A stretch of DNA of 62,896 nucleotides. Source: an uncultured Mycoplasmatota bacterium (lineage in GTDB: Bacteria; Bacillota_I; Bacilli_A; RF39; UBA660). The stretch covers positions 1-62,896 of the forward strand of contig CAOJZZ010000003.1 of assembly GCA_948466315.1 (NCBI GenBank), read 5' to 3'. Numbering within the stretch: the stretch's first letter is position 1; each line of letters starts with the position of its first letter. Both the position numbers and the translations under genes were made by a program. Shown piece after piece: positions 39,740 to 51,057 of the stretch. The notes below the pieces were generated by a model. It did no database searches, was not told where the DNA came from, and was given only the letters and a program-made list of their open reading frames with translations.

Positions 39740-40857
39740 ACCAACCTCTCTCCATTATAATGACTTATAATATAATCGCTTAAAACATCTTTTTCATTAC
39801 GTACACGTCTATACAAAACAGCCCCTTCAATATCTTCATATATATCTGTTAAATAAGCTCCTGGCTCCTTATCTAAAAGTCCCATAATCTCCTCACTAGT
39901 AATCAACAAATCTTTTCTACTTTGAATTACCAAATTATTATAAGCCTCTGTAATTTCACGAATATCCATTCCTTTGATTTCACCAGCTACACTATTAACA
40001 TATAACCCATACTTATACAAAGTCATAGGATCTAAATTATTCAAATTCATTACCTCATTAATTGACTTAATCAACTCCTTTTCATTATTAGTAAAAGGAT
40101 ACTTATCTAAAACATTCAAAACACTCCAGATACCTATCAAACTATTAGTAGATTTAACATCCTTAAGTCTAGAAAGTTCTAATTGTTTATCAAGACCTAA
40201 TCGTAAAAGAAGCTCAATTCCTTCAAAAGCATGAGAACTAGCAAAAATTTTATCTAACTCCTGCTTTTTTCTATAATAAGACAATTCTAAAATCAAATCC
40301 TTACACTCTGAAATAGCTTCTAAAACATCATCATCAAATTCAAAAGAAAATATAGTAGCAAACCTAATAGCCCGCAAAATTCTAAGAGCATCCTCACTAA
40401 ATCTCTCCTTTGCAGATCCTACAGTTCGTATAATCCTCTTTGAAAGATCATCTTGACCACCTAAATAATCAATAATTTCTCCCTTATCATTCATACAAAT
40501 AGTATTAATAGTAAAATCCCTTCTTAATAAATCCTGATATAAATCATCAATATACTTAACCTCACTAGGTTTACGATGATCAACATATAAACTCTCCACT
40601 CGAAAAGTAGTAATTTCAAAACGAATATTCTTAAAAACAACAGTAACAGACCCATAATCCTCTGATGGAAGACAATTATCCTTAAAAATTTCTTTAATCT
40701 CCTTAGGTGTTGCATTAGTTGTAATATCAATATCATTTGATTCAATTCCTAAAAGATAATCCCGAACAAAACCGCCCACAAGATAAGCCTTATATTGAGC
40801 TTTAGTCAACTGACTAATAAATTGTAATGCTACTTCTAACACAAATTTCACCACCAA
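39736..40857 (-). CDS. cca: CCA tRNA nucleotidyltransferase
   Basis: VGGFVRD, DIDITT, RRDFTIN, EDALRILRA. Confidence 0.95.
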   Translation of the reverse strand: MVVKFVLEVALQFISQLTKAQYKAYLVGGFVRDYLLGIESNDIDITTNATPKEIKEIFKDNCLPSEDYGSVTVVFKNIRFEITTFRVESLYVDHRKPSEVKYIDDLYQDLLRRDFTINTICMNDKGEIIDYLGGQDDLSKRIIRTVGSAKERFSEDALRILRAIRFATIFSFEFDDDVLEAISECKDLILELSYYRKKQELDKIFASSHAFEGIELLLRLGLDKQLELSRLKDVKSTNSLIGIWSVLNVLDKYPFTNNEKELIKSINEVMNLNNLDPMTLYKYGLYVNSVAGEIKGMDIREITEAYNNLVIQSRKDLLITSEEIMGLLDKEPGAYLTDIYEDIEGAVLYRRVRNEKDVLSDYIISHYNGERLV

Positions 40858-40942
40858 TAATTAACCTACTCTATTTATATTATACCACTAATAAACAAAA
40901 ACACAAAAAAAAAGAACCAAAATAAGGCTCTATTTTACTAAA

Positions 40943-41221
40943 TTAATTATTATTTACAGCATCTTTTAAAGCAGTACCTGGTTTAAATGTAACTGCATTT
41001 CTAGCCGCAATTTGAACAGTTTCTCCAGTTCTAGGATTACGTCCTTCACGAGCAGCTCTCTCTGATACAGCAAATGTTCCAAATCCAACTAATGGAACTT
41101 TATCACCATTTACTAAAGCCTTTGTAATAGCAGAAAATACAGCATCAATAGCTTTAGTAGCATCAGATTTAGTAAATCCTGTAGCTTCAACAACTGATTC
41201 AACTAATTCAACTTTCTTCAT
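40943..41221 (-). CDS. hup: DNA-binding protein HU
   Basis: GFGTFAV, GRNPRTGE, FKPG. Confidence 0.98.
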   Translation of the reverse strand: MKKVELVESVVEATGFTKSDATKAIDAVFSAITKALVNGDKVPLVGFGTFAVSERAAREGRNPRTGETVQIAARNAVTFKPGTALKDAVNNN

Positions 41222-42093
41222 ATTAATATACCTCCCATAAATTGATTAAGCATATGTTATGCTTACATATCAAACTTACCATGTTTTATTATAAATTGCA
41301 AGAAATATACAAGAAATTTACGTTATTTTACCATCAATTTATATAGATAGACTTTTTTGTAAACTAGTACACCTCAATGAGAAATTCTAATAATCTTAAT
41401 ATTATTTATATTTACTAATATAGCTTACTTACTATATTAAAAAAATTAATACAACCAAAAAAGTCTATTACGCAAAAATCCAAACTATTTTAAACTTAAC
41501 AAGTATAATAAATTTATATCTAAATAAACATATCCACTACAATTAAAACTTTAATAAAAAAAATTATAATACTTCAAATTAATAAATATCTTAAAATAAA
41601 TAAAAAATACTATACTAATAAATCAATGATTTATGACTTTTTCAATTTAATAATTAGTATTATACATGTTATAATAACCTAAAAATAATTAGAGAAATAC
41701 TATGAAATTCCAATATTAAAACACTTTATGTGGTTAAATATTAATAACAAAAGAACAATCAACTAAAATAAATACATATAAAAAACAATACTAAAAATAT
41801 TTATAATTTTGAATTTTTTCTATTTTTGACAAATTTCCTTATAATATCTGATATAACCACTATCAAAAATTAACAAATTGGAATAAATAAGCTATTCTTT
41901 TTATCTATAATTTTTTAAATTTATAATCTAACTTTTTAATTACTCATTCCAAAAAATAAATAATATACTTATTTAAATAATCATTTACTAATATGTCAAA
42001 AAATAATTACTATCCAATTAAATAATCTATAGTTATTTTAGGAAGTTACTACTTATAATCTCACTATAATTTTCTCTATTATAAATATTTAAC

Positions 42094-42447
42094 TTATTTC
42101 AAATCTTTTGATATTTTACAAAAACTTTCATTAATAGAAGTAAGCAGTAAAATAATATGTCCAAGAGCAAAGAAAAATAAACAAATAAGTAAACTAACAA
42201 ACCAGATAAAAATCATTAAAGAAAAGTTAAATTCTGTAGTAACACAAGTACCTGCATATAAAGATGATCCACTACCACAAGCAGGAAATAAATTACCAAA
42301 AACAATTCCTAAAAAGAAACAAATAATATAAATAACTATAGCAAATCTTTGATACCCATTAAATTTATAATTACCAACTTCTTTTGTAATAGTCCTAATT
42401 TTAGGTAAATCTTTTTTAGCCCGTTCAATTTCTTCAAACATATCCAT
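42094..42447 (-). CDS. Hypothetical membrane protein
   Basis: Two TM segments with a Cys-containing loop. Confidence 0.55.
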   Translation of the reverse strand: MDMFEEIERAKKDLPKIRTITKEVGNYKFNGYQRFAIVIYIICFFLGIVFGNLFPACGSGSSLYAGTCVTTEFNFSLMIFIWFVSLLICLFFFALGHIILLLTSINESFCKISKDLK

Positions 42448-42449
42448 AA

Positions 42450-43283
42450 TTAATTATCTCCTTTCTCATCATGTCCTTTATTCTCTTTTTTTCTTTTTCT
42501 ATGATGTTTTTTATTACTAATTTCATCCTCCTTATCTTTTGTAACAAAATCTAATTCATCTAAAGAGCCACCATTCTCTTTATTATCAACCTTAACTATA
42601 TCATTTAAAGAATTATCCTCTACCCTATTAGTATCCATTTTCAAATCAACATTATCCTTAGATTTTTTTTTCTTGCTATCTAAAAATGAAAAATACAAAT
42701 AAACATATCTTGCAAATAAAATAGTATAAATACAATCAAATAAAGTAAGTACAGTTCCATCAAAACTAGTAGCCGAAATCAAATTAACTGAAAGTAAAAT
42801 AACAGCAAATACCATTATACTATAAAAATATCCCTCATTAGTAATTTCATTAAAAGGAGATTTAACAAGTCTAAACTCCTTCCAAAGTCTTGTTCCTCTT
42901 AAAAAAGTATGAATCAAATAAATAAGAAAAATAACATGTAATACTAAAGATAATAATGTATAAAAAGAAAATGATTGAAAAATCGTAAATACTGAAGCAA
43001 ATCCTATTAAAAAATAAAGTAAAATCAAAAATACATTTAAAAAATCAAAATACTTCTTACCTATATCAAACTTTAAAGCACAAAAATACACCAATGTAAG
43101 TAAATATGTACTATTATGATTCATAATACTTCTTAATATGTATATAGCACTCATATTACTATTAACCGCAAATGACTGACTAAATATAATGATTAAAGCA
43201 ATCACCAAAATCAATAAATTAGTAACAATACTGGGATTATCATACCATTCTAACTCAACTTTTTTCTCATCTAAATCCATCAT
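42450..43283 (-). CDS. Hypothetical multi-TM protein
   Basis: About 6 TM segments and a charged tail; start refined using the AAGGTG RBS. Confidence 0.55.
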   Translation of the reverse strand: MMDLDEKKVELEWYDNPSIVTNLLILVIALIIIFSQSFAVNSNMSAIYILRSIMNHNSTYLLTLVYFCALKFDIGKKYFDFLNVFLILLYFLIGFASVFTIFQSFSFYTLLSLVLHVIFLIYLIHTFLRGTRLWKEFRLVKSPFNEITNEGYFYSIMVFAVILLSVNLISATSFDGTVLTLFDCIYTILFARYVYLYFSFLDSKKKKSKDNVDLKMDTNRVEDNSLNDIVKVDNKENGGSLDELDFVTKDKEDEISNKKHHRKRKKENKGHDEKGDN

Positions 43284-43403
43284 ATCACCTTCCATGATAC
43301 AAGTATACCATAAATCATAAAAGCTAGTTAACGAAAAATACATTATTTTATTGGAAGGTTTACAATAATTATGTTATAATAAAACAAAATTGGAGGGGAT
43401 AAT

Positions 43404-44711
43404 ATGTCTATACCAACTATTGCCTTAGTAGGAAGACCAAATGTTGGAAAATCTACTTTATTTAACAAAATTATTGGTAAAAAAATCTCAATTATTGAGG
43501 ACACTCCAGGTGTAACAAGAGACCGCATATACCAAGAGGCTATATATAACAAAAAAAAGTTCTATGTAGTAGATACAGGTGGAATTGATACAACAAAAAT
43601 GACTTTTAATGATGAAATAAAAATGCAAGCTGAAATAGCTATCAAAGATGCTGATATTATTGTCTTTTTAGTAGATGGAAAAGAAGGTTTAACTACTAAT
43701 GATTTAACAGTAAGAGATATATTAAGAAAAAGTAAAAAGAAAGTTATTGTCGCTATTAATAAAATAGACGCTAAAGATGCCAAAAATAATATATATGAAT
43801 TTTACGAATTAGGTTTTGATACATATATACCTATTAGTAGTATTCATAATACTGGATATATAGAATTAATGGATACAATTACCATGGATTTTAAAGAACA
43901 AGATGAACAAACTGATAATAGACTGAAATTTTCAATATTAGGACGCCCAAATGTAGGTAAAAGTAGTCTTATGAATGCTCTTTTAAATGAAGAAAGAGTT
44001 GTTGTATCAGACATAGCTGGAACAACCCGTGATTCTATTGATTCTATTTTAAAATATAATAATGAAGAATATGTTTTAATAGATACTGCTGGAATGCGCA
44101 AAAAAGGAAAAATATTTGAATCAATAGAAAAGTATAGTCTATTTAGATCATTAAAAGCTATTGATCGCAGTGATATCTGCCTAGTAGTCATAAACGCTGA
44201 AGAAGGAATTACAGAACATGACAAACATATTGCAGGATATGCTATAGATCGTGGAAAAGGCCTAATTTTAGTAGTCAACAAATGGGATACTGTAAAAGAT
44301 ACAACCATCCAAGAATACGAAAAATTAATAAGAGCTGAATTTCAATTTGCAACATATGCTCCTGTAGTGTTTTTATCTGCAAAAACAAAAAAGAGAATAC
44401 ACACTCTAATGCCAGAAGTATTAAAAGTATCAGAAAGTATCAAAAAAGAAATCAAAACAAGCCTAATAAATGAAGTAATCATGGATGCCTATCAGTTAAA
44501 CCTCCCTCCCTCTTATAAGGGAAAAAGACTAAAAATATATTTTACGGCCCAAACAGGTATAAAACCACCTAAATTCACTTTCCGTGTTAATAACAAAGGA
44601 TTAGTTCATTTTTCTTATGAAAGATATCTAGAAAATAAAATTAGAGAAAATTTTGACTTTACAGGCACCCCCATTACTTTACAATTTAAAAATAAGAATG
44701 GTGATGAATAA
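43404..44711 (+). CDS. der: Ribosome biogenesis GTPase Der
   Basis: Two GRPNVGKS G domains, DTGG/DTAG, KH-like C-terminus. Confidence 0.98.
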   Translation: MSIPTIALVGRPNVGKSTLFNKIIGKKISIIEDTPGVTRDRIYQEAIYNKKKFYVVDTGGIDTTKMTFNDEIKMQAEIAIKDADIIVFLVDGKEGLTTNDLTVRDILRKSKKKVIVAINKIDAKDAKNNIYEFYELGFDTYIPISSIHNTGYIELMDTITMDFKEQDEQTDNRLKFSILGRPNVGKSSLMNALLNEERVVVSDIAGTTRDSIDSILKYNNEEYVLIDTAGMRKKGKIFESIEKYSLFRSLKAIDRSDICLVVINAEEGITEHDKHIAGYAIDRGKGLILVVNKWDTVKDTTIQEYEKLIRAEFQFATYAPVVFLSAKTKKRIHTLMPEVLKVSESIKKEIKTSLINEVIMDAYQLNLPPSYKGKRLKIYFTAQTGIKPPKFTFRVNNKGLVHFSYERYLENKIRENFDFTGTPITLQFKNKNGDE

Positions 44712-44998
44712 TGATTATAGGAGACAATAATAACAATAATTTTAATAATATAAACAACCAAAACAATAATTTTAATCAACGATTAACTAGATTAAAAGAA
44801 GACAATAAAATTAGCAACCTAAGAAAAAACATGTTCGTAGAAGATAATACTATAAATAAACATACAGATCCTACTAATCAAAATGATATGTATGATAAAA
44901 CACTAGCTATGTTAAATGAGCGCCTTCAAAAAGGTGCAATAACACTAGAAGAATTTAATAAAAAATGCTCTATTTTAGGACAGAAAAGACAAAAATAA
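44711..44998 (+). CDS. Asn-rich small protein with a SHOCT-like C-terminus
   Basis: LNERLQKGAITLEEFNKK; overlaps the der stop. Confidence 0.5.
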   Translation: MIIGDNNNNNFNNINNQNNNFNQRLTRLKEDNKISNLRKNMFVEDNTINKHTDPTNQNDMYDKTLAMLNERLQKGAITLEEFNKKCSILGQKRQK

Positions 44999-45044
44999 TA
45001 AACAAATAAAACCTCTTACATATAATTTAATAGGAGGTTTTTTT

Positions 45045-45284
45045 ATGTTTGGAGATAACTTTTTCAAAAAAGTAGAAAATAAAACAAATGTTGATAAAGA
45101 CACTATACTATCACTAGCCAAAAAGTTACAAAATAATAATTTAAAGGATGAATCAACAATCAGAGAAGTAATAAAAGACATAAGTAATATGACAGGCAAA
45201 GAAGTATCACAAGAAAAAGAAGATAAAATTGTAAATGCCATTATCAAAGATAATGTTCCTACTAATATAGATAAAATGTTTTAA
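45045..45284 (+). CDS. spoVIF: Stage VI sporulation protein F-like
   Basis: FFKKVENKTNV...LKDESTIREVIKDIS...VSQEKEDKIVNAI; CATATAAT element upstream. Confidence 0.8.
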   Translation: MFGDNFFKKVENKTNVDKDTILSLAKKLQNNNLKDESTIREVIKDISNMTGKEVSQEKEDKIVNAIIKDNVPTNIDKMF

Positions 45285-45795
45285 AAATCCCTATACTTTG
45301 TAATTTGACAAATAATAACATTTGTCTTTTTCTATATGCCAAAGTAAAATAATCAAAAATTAAAAATATATATAAAAGTATAAAAAAACATTATAGAGAT
45401 TAAAGACCCAATATTTTTCTTATTTAAACATTGTTTACCAACCTTAAATTTATTAAAAATTAAATTTTTCCAAAATAGGTAATTTATCAACACTCTGAAT
45501 TTATTCTTTACCATTGACTATTTATAATTGTATTAAACTAACGACTGTACTAGTTAAAATTTAAAAAATATTATAAACAAATAAATTACTCATAATATTA
45601 TATTTTAATTCATTTAAGGTCTTAAATTTATACATAAATCAAACAACTAGCAGAACACAAATATTACTTAATTACTATAAAACATATAATTATAACCACA
45701 TAAATAACCAATATTATACAAATGTATATATCCTAAAAATTGTTCTTTTTTGAAGATAAATAACATAACTTTTATTGTATAAGGAGAATGAGTAT

Positions 45796-47271
45796 ATGGA
45801 TAAACAAGAAATTATTAAAAATATCGCCAAAAGAAGTGGCGGAGACATTTATCTAGGTGTCGTTGGAGCAGTAAGAACAGGTAAATCGACTTTTATTAAA
45901 CGTGTTGTTGAAACATTGATTGTTCCTAATATAGAGGACGAGTATGAAAGAAAAAGGGCCTTAGACGAAATCCCTCAAAGTGCTGCTGGAAAAACTATCA
46001 TGACAACTGAACCCAAATTTGTACCAAACAACGCAGCCAAAATAAAAATAGATGACTTTTCATGTAACATACGTCTAATTGATTGTGTTGGTTATATGAT
46101 TGATAAAGCCATGGGCGCAACCGATGAAAACGGACCTAGAATGGTAAAAACACCTTGGTATAGCGAGGAAATACCATTTATTGAAGCAGCTGAAATTGGT
46201 ACTGAAAAAGTAATTACTGATCATTCGACTATTGGTATAGTAATTACGACTGATGGCTCAATTGGTGAATTCGATCGAAGTGACTATCTAGAAGCTGAAA
46301 ACAGAGTAATAGAAGAACTTAAAAGCTTAGGAAAACCATTTATAGTAATACTAAATTCTACTCACCCTACACTACCAGATACTGAAAAGCTAGCTGAAAG
46401 TCTAAGATCAGAACACAATGTTCCAGTATTACCAATCAGTATAGAGGCTATGAACGAAAAAGATATGTACGAAATACTAAGAGAAGCATTATATGAATTC
46501 CCAGTACTAGAAATAAAAGTAAATATGCCAGAATGGATTGCCATTCTAAATCCAGATCACCCAGTCAAAAAAAGCTATATTAACTCAATAAAAGAAAGTA
46601 TTGTTCAAATAGATAAATTAAAAGATATAGAAAATATTACCAAACATTTTTTAGAAAATGAAATGATCGAAAAAAGTTATCTATCAGAAGTTGATCCAGC
46701 AACAGGAATAATTACTGTAACCATAACAGCACCTGCCGATTTATACAACAAAACCCTAACAGATATCATCAAAATAGATGTTAAAAATAAAGCTGATTTA
46801 CTGGCCTTATTCCAAGAATTTAACATTGCCAAAAAAGAATATGATCAAATTAAATACGCCCTAAAAATGGTTAAACAAACAGGCTATGGAGTAGCTACCC
46901 CATCCATTGAAGATATGAAACTAGATAAACCAGAAATAATAAAACAAGGACCACGCTATGGAGTAAAACTAAAAGCAGTAGCACCATCAATTCACATGAT
47001 AAGAGTAGATGTAGAATCAACATTTGAACCTATAATCGGTAGCGAAGTTCAAAGTAAAGAATTAATCGATTATCTCATGAAAGATCAAGAAACAAAGCCA
47101 AACGAGATATGGAAAAGCGAAATATTTGGACGCAGTCTAGATTCTATAGTTCAAGAAGGGATACAATCAAAAATTAATTTAATGCCAGATAACATTCGTT
47201 TCAAACTTCAAACAACATTATCAAAAGTTGTCAATAAAGGATCTAATAATATGATTGCTATAGTAATATAA
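45796..47271 (+). CDS. spoIVA: Stage IV sporulation protein A
   Basis: GVVGAVRTGKSTF, IMTTEPKF, DCVGY, TDGSI, IWKSEIFG. Start refined to ATG 45796. Confidence 0.98.
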   Translation: MDKQEIIKNIAKRSGGDIYLGVVGAVRTGKSTFIKRVVETLIVPNIEDEYERKRALDEIPQSAAGKTIMTTEPKFVPNNAAKIKIDDFSCNIRLIDCVGYMIDKAMGATDENGPRMVKTPWYSEEIPFIEAAEIGTEKVITDHSTIGIVITTDGSIGEFDRSDYLEAENRVIEELKSLGKPFIVILNSTHPTLPDTEKLAESLRSEHNVPVLPISIEAMNEKDMYEILREALYEFPVLEIKVNMPEWIAILNPDHPVKKSYINSIKESIVQIDKLKDIENITKHFLENEMIEKSYLSEVDPATGIITVTITAPADLYNKTLTDIIKIDVKNKADLLALFQEFNIAKKEYDQIKYALKMVKQTGYGVATPSIEDMKLDKPEIIKQGPRYGVKLKAVAPSIHMIRVDVESTFEPIIGSEVQSKELIDYLMKDQETKPNEIWKSEIFGRSLDSIVQEGIQSKINLMPDNIRFKLQTTLSKVVNKGSNNMIAIVI

Positions 47272-47764
47272 AAAATAAAATATTATTCCACTAATATACA
47301 GTCAGAAAAACATTAAAAATTACTAACTAAGAATGAACACAAAACAAAAAATCAAACAATTTATAAATAATCTAATTAGAGGATTGTAATCTATAACTAA
47401 CAAGAAACAATCCTTTTAATTTTACCTTAATTTCAAAAATATTCAAGAATCTTTAAAATTAGACAATCAAAATGAATAAAATACTAATTACCATCAAAAC
47501 TTATAAATAACAAAAAAGAAGCAAAATACTATCACTTCTAACATTATAAACTTGCTATTTATAAAAAGCTTACATCATTTCTATTAAGAATAAAACATCT
47601 ATATTCTTTTATTTTTCCCTAAAAATTTTAGTCATACAATTCTATAATTATTCATTGTATACTAATTCATAAAAGATAAACCAACAAAATATAGCTTTTA
47701 AATAAAAGTATGCCCTTTATTTTGAATTCTATCCTCTATAAGCTAATACAAAAATCAACAGATT

Positions 47765-48223
47765 TTATTTTTTCAGTAAATTTTTACTAGTTCCTTTCAA
47801 ATTACACTTTTCATGGATTGTTGCTTCATCAATAGAATCAATAAAAGGATCTGGACTATAACAAGAATCCACTATAGAATTATACAAAGGAAAATTGTTA
47901 CCTATAAATTCCCTTATACCAGGAAATTGCTTATTCATTTCTCCCATTGTATACAAAAGTAATACTTTATTTCTTGGATGTGACACAATATTAAATGCTA
48001 CCAAATCAAATTGATCTTTAGTTAATCCATCACGTATTTTTTTATTATCTAAGGTTACACGTGTATCAACATATAAAAAATGCCCTTTTGTAAACCATTC
48101 ATCTTCAATCATAGCTAAAAATTGGCTATTATCATTATAAACTAAAGCTCTTTTTTCTCCATCATCGTAATTACCATAAGGTCCAAACTGATTATTCAAT
48201 TCTATAACTACAAGATTTATCAC
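47765..48223 (-). CDS. Hypothetical protein
   Basis: Overlapping ORF in a three-gene cluster; no recognised motif. Confidence 0.5.
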   Translation of the reverse strand: MINLVVIELNNQFGPYGNYDDGEKRALVYNDNSQFLAMIEDEWFTKGHFLYVDTRVTLDNKKIRDGLTKDQFDLVAFNIVSHPRNKVLLLYTMGEMNKQFPGIREFIGNNFPLYNSIVDSCYSPDPFIDSIDEATIHEKCNLKGTSKNLLKK

Positions 48224-48527
48224 TATGAGAATTTAACACAAATATATGTCTATTATCATCAGCCATATGGGTTATATCATTAAAAGAATTATCTTTAAAT
48301 TGACAATCTAATCCAAAACCAAATACAGCAGCAAAACCTACAATTCCATCAGTATCTTCAAACCTTTTACTAGATAAATGATTATCATCTTTATCATAAA
48401 AATCTAATTGATTTTCTACAGTTTCACTAATAACAGCACGAACTCCAAAAAAACCTAAACCAATATTTATAACCTCATTATTTTCTTCTAATTCTTGTGT
48501 TATTCTTCTTCTATTCTCTGCTATCAA
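48192..48527 (-). CDS. Hypothetical protein
   Basis: Overlaps both neighbouring ORFs. Confidence 0.5.
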   Translation of the reverse strand: MIAENRRRITQELEENNEVINIGLGFFGVRAVISETVENQLDFYDKDDNHLSSKRFEDTDGIVGFAAVFGFGLDCQFKDNSFNDITHMADDNRHIFVLNSHSDKSCSYRIE

Positions 48528-48967
48528 TTTTTTGCTTCCTCAGTATAACCTTTAGATAACTGATTGTCTTTAACATAAGGTAATACCTCTGGATTTGTAC
48601 CTATAACCTTTAAACTATCATTTTCCCTAGTTCTATTAACTATTATTGTACTTTCTTTTCCCCTCTCCTTTGTTTCAATTGTTGACACTGATACTAACTG
48701 ACAAGCCAAAGCCAACATAATTAACTGATCCATTGTTTTTATACCATCACACCAATTATTTCCATCTTTATCAAAATATAAATTATCTAAACTATTTCCC
48801 TCTTCTATTGGTAAAGAATCTATATATTTAATAATAATATCTTTATTTACATTTAATTTTTCTGTACTAAATGCTACTGTAACGTTTCCTTCTGGATTAA
48901 TAGATGAAACAGAAGTAAATTCACTAATAGACCTTCCATTTACTATCTCATCATCCTCAAAAAACAA
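48524..48967 (-). CDS. Hypothetical protein
   Basis: Acidic ORF; first of the cluster. Confidence 0.5.
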   Translation of the reverse strand: MFFEDDEIVNGRSISEFTSVSSINPEGNVTVAFSTEKLNVNKDIIIKYIDSLPIEEGNSLDNLYFDKDGNNWCDGIKTMDQLIMLALACQLVSVSTIETKERGKESTIIVNRTRENDSLKVIGTNPEVLPYVKDNQLSKGYTEEAKN

Positions 48968-49080
48968 CTTTCAAATAATTTATTAACCTTTTCACTATCT
49001 AATATTTGCATATCTTTTATTCCGCTCCTTTAAGTAGTACTTATAATAACACAATCATAATAATAAAACAACTTTTTAAC

Positions 49081-49129
49081 GAACTACCTCGGAGCAGAGC
49101 CTAGGAGAATTAAACCCTAAAAGATTAAA
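49081..49129 (+). repeat. Dispersed 49-bp element copy 1 (possible IS200/IS605 end remnant)
   Basis: 36/49 identical to 60111-60159 without gaps. Confidence 0.55.
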
Positions 49130-49249
49130 CCAAGATTATAAATAAGGCTTACTAAATAATATTAATTAAAATAATAATTAAGTATCCATTTCTATTTTTA
49201 ATTTCATAATAAAAGCATTTAATTTCTAAAATGCTTAAATATTTAAAAA

Positions 49250-49963
49250 TTACTTAATTTTATTAACTAAATTATTATATTGATCAACTAAAGCTGTTGT
49301 ACGTAATTTAATTTGTCCATCTGAAATTTCCCAATCATTATTACTATTCTTCAAGAATTGAAATGTCTCTCTACTAGTATCAAAAATAAGATTAATTTTT
49401 TTCTTTTGATCCTCTAATATTTGTTTAGAAACAACAAAATCTTTTGACATATCTTTATCAAGCATCAAATCCTGATATAATTTCACATAATAATGATTAT
49501 CAATTACCTCATCAATATACTTCTTTATTTTATCCTCATCACAATTTTCAATTAATTGATCAATATCTTCATTAAATTGTTTTTGCTTCTCATCAATATA
49601 TTGTAAAGATGCAACAAACTCTGGACCATCATTCGAATAATTATCAACAGACAATAATTCTATAAATTGTGAATCAGACGTAACTGCTAAAACTCTTTGA
49701 AACCTAACAGCATAATTATCTAAATATTTTTTTATTGTTTTTTCAATCAAGGCATAATTACCCTTAGTCTTAATAGGTCTATCATATCTATCCTTAGTAA
49801 TATCAAGCTCTATTAAACTACGAACTTCCTTTTTCAATTTATTTTCCTCAGTAGCATTTCTAATAACAATAAACCCATATAATAAAAACAAATCAATAAA
49901 CACAAAAAATACAACAAATAATATTTTTTTTCTTTTACTCATATCGATCACCAACTTTTCCAT
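49250..49963 (-). CDS. Hypothetical membrane-anchored helical protein
   Basis: N-terminal TM followed by a coiled-coil-like region. Confidence 0.6.
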   Translation of the reverse strand: MEKLVIDMSKRKKILFVVFFVFIDLFLLYGFIVIRNATEENKLKKEVRSLIELDITKDRYDRPIKTKGNYALIEKTIKKYLDNYAVRFQRVLAVTSDSQFIELLSVDNYSNDGPEFVASLQYIDEKQKQFNEDIDQLIENCDEDKIKKYIDEVIDNHYYVKLYQDLMLDKDMSKDFVVSKQILEDQKKKINLIFDTSRETFQFLKNSNNDWEISDGQIKLRTTALVDQYNNLVNKIK

Positions 49964-49969
49964 ATTTTA

Positions 49970-50425
49970 TTATAAAGTCAAGCTTCTATTTAATAAACGA
50001 ACAACCTCATTACCATAAATAAACCTTCCAAACTCAACGATTTTTAGTATATCACTACAAGAATCATTAAGCAAACAATAAAATTTTCCATCTAGATACC
50101 GAATATCAGTATAATCTTTAATTATAAAATAATCATCTGTTTCAAAAAAGAATTTCTCATCAGGATAGACAATAATACGCAAATCAAGGCTGTTAGAAAA
50201 ATCTAACTCTTCTAACTGATTAATCTCTAAAAAAAATCCGATATCTTTATTTGGAAAAACCTTTACTTTATAAAAACCACATAAATTCAGACGACTCTTT
50301 AGCTTTAAAATAAACTCTTTCACAATACGATTAACATCATCACGATTTTCCAAATTAATATTATTTAAATATAATATATTAACAAATATTCTATAAGAAT
50401 TTTTACCAATAACCTCAATCTTCAT
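49970..50425 (-). CDS. MecA-like adaptor candidate
   Basis: MKIE..GKNSYRIFV N-terminus and FFETDD..DGKFY..EFG C-terminus loosely match MecA/YpbH. Confidence 0.45.
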   Translation of the reverse strand: MKIEVIGKNSYRIFVNILYLNNINLENRDDVNRIVKEFILKLKSRLNLCGFYKVKVFPNKDIGFFLEINQLEELDFSNSLDLRIIVYPDEKFFFETDDYFIIKDYTDIRYLDGKFYCLLNDSCSDILKIVEFGRFIYGNEVVRLLNRSLTL

Positions 50426-50456
50426 ATATTCACCTATACTAATATATGAAAAAAAT

Positions 50457-51053
50457 TTAGATAGTTTCCATGAATACTAAGTCTTCGATTCTTTTCAACA
50501 CATCTTTTATCCCCAACTTAGTCACACTAGAAAAAACTACTAAATCATCACCAACCACTAAATCAAGTGTATCCAAAATAATTTGAAGATTCTTTTGTTT
50601 CTTACTACCTCCAACTTTATCTGCCTTAGTCGCAATAATTGTAACTGGCAAATTATAATATTTTAAAAAGTTATACATCAACAAATCATCTTCAGTAGGC
50701 TTATGTCTAAAATCAATTAACATAAAAACCCTCTTCAATTGTTCACGCTTTTCCAAATATTCCTCTATCATCATTCCAAACTTAGCCTGCGTTTTCTTAT
50801 CCGTTGCCGCATAACCATATCCAGGAACATCAATCAAATAAAATGTATTATTAATATTATAAAAATTAAGTGTTTGTGTCTTACCAGGCTTAGAAGAAGT
50901 ATAAGCTAAATTTTTTCTAGAAAGTAAAGCATTAATAAAACTACTCTTTCCTACATTACTTCTTCCTACCAATAAAAACTCTGGCTTATTATCACTCGGA
51001 TATTGACTACGTCTAGTAGCAATAATATCTAAATTAGCATCTTTTATTACCAT
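50457..51053 (-). CDS. engB: Ribosome biogenesis GTP-binding protein YsxC/EngB
   Basis: GRSNVGKSS, KPGKTQ, DVPGYG, TKADK. Start refined to ATG 51053. Confidence 0.97.
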   Translation of the reverse strand: MVIKDANLDIIATRRSQYPSDNKPEFLLVGRSNVGKSSFINALLSRKNLAYTSSKPGKTQTLNFYNINNTFYLIDVPGYGYAATDKKTQAKFGMMIEEYLEKREQLKRVFMLIDFRHKPTEDDLLMYNFLKYYNLPVTIIATKADKVGGSKKQKNLQIILDTLDLVVGDDLVVFSSVTKLGIKDVLKRIEDLVFMETI

Positions 51054-51057
51054 AAAA

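Noticed and set aside
41230-42090. Long AT-rich gap (also 32880-33500, 38150-38620, 45290-45770, 47280-47760) as ncRNA or repeat arrays
   Set aside because: No stable GC-rich stems, periodic repeats or RNA family motifs were found by eye.
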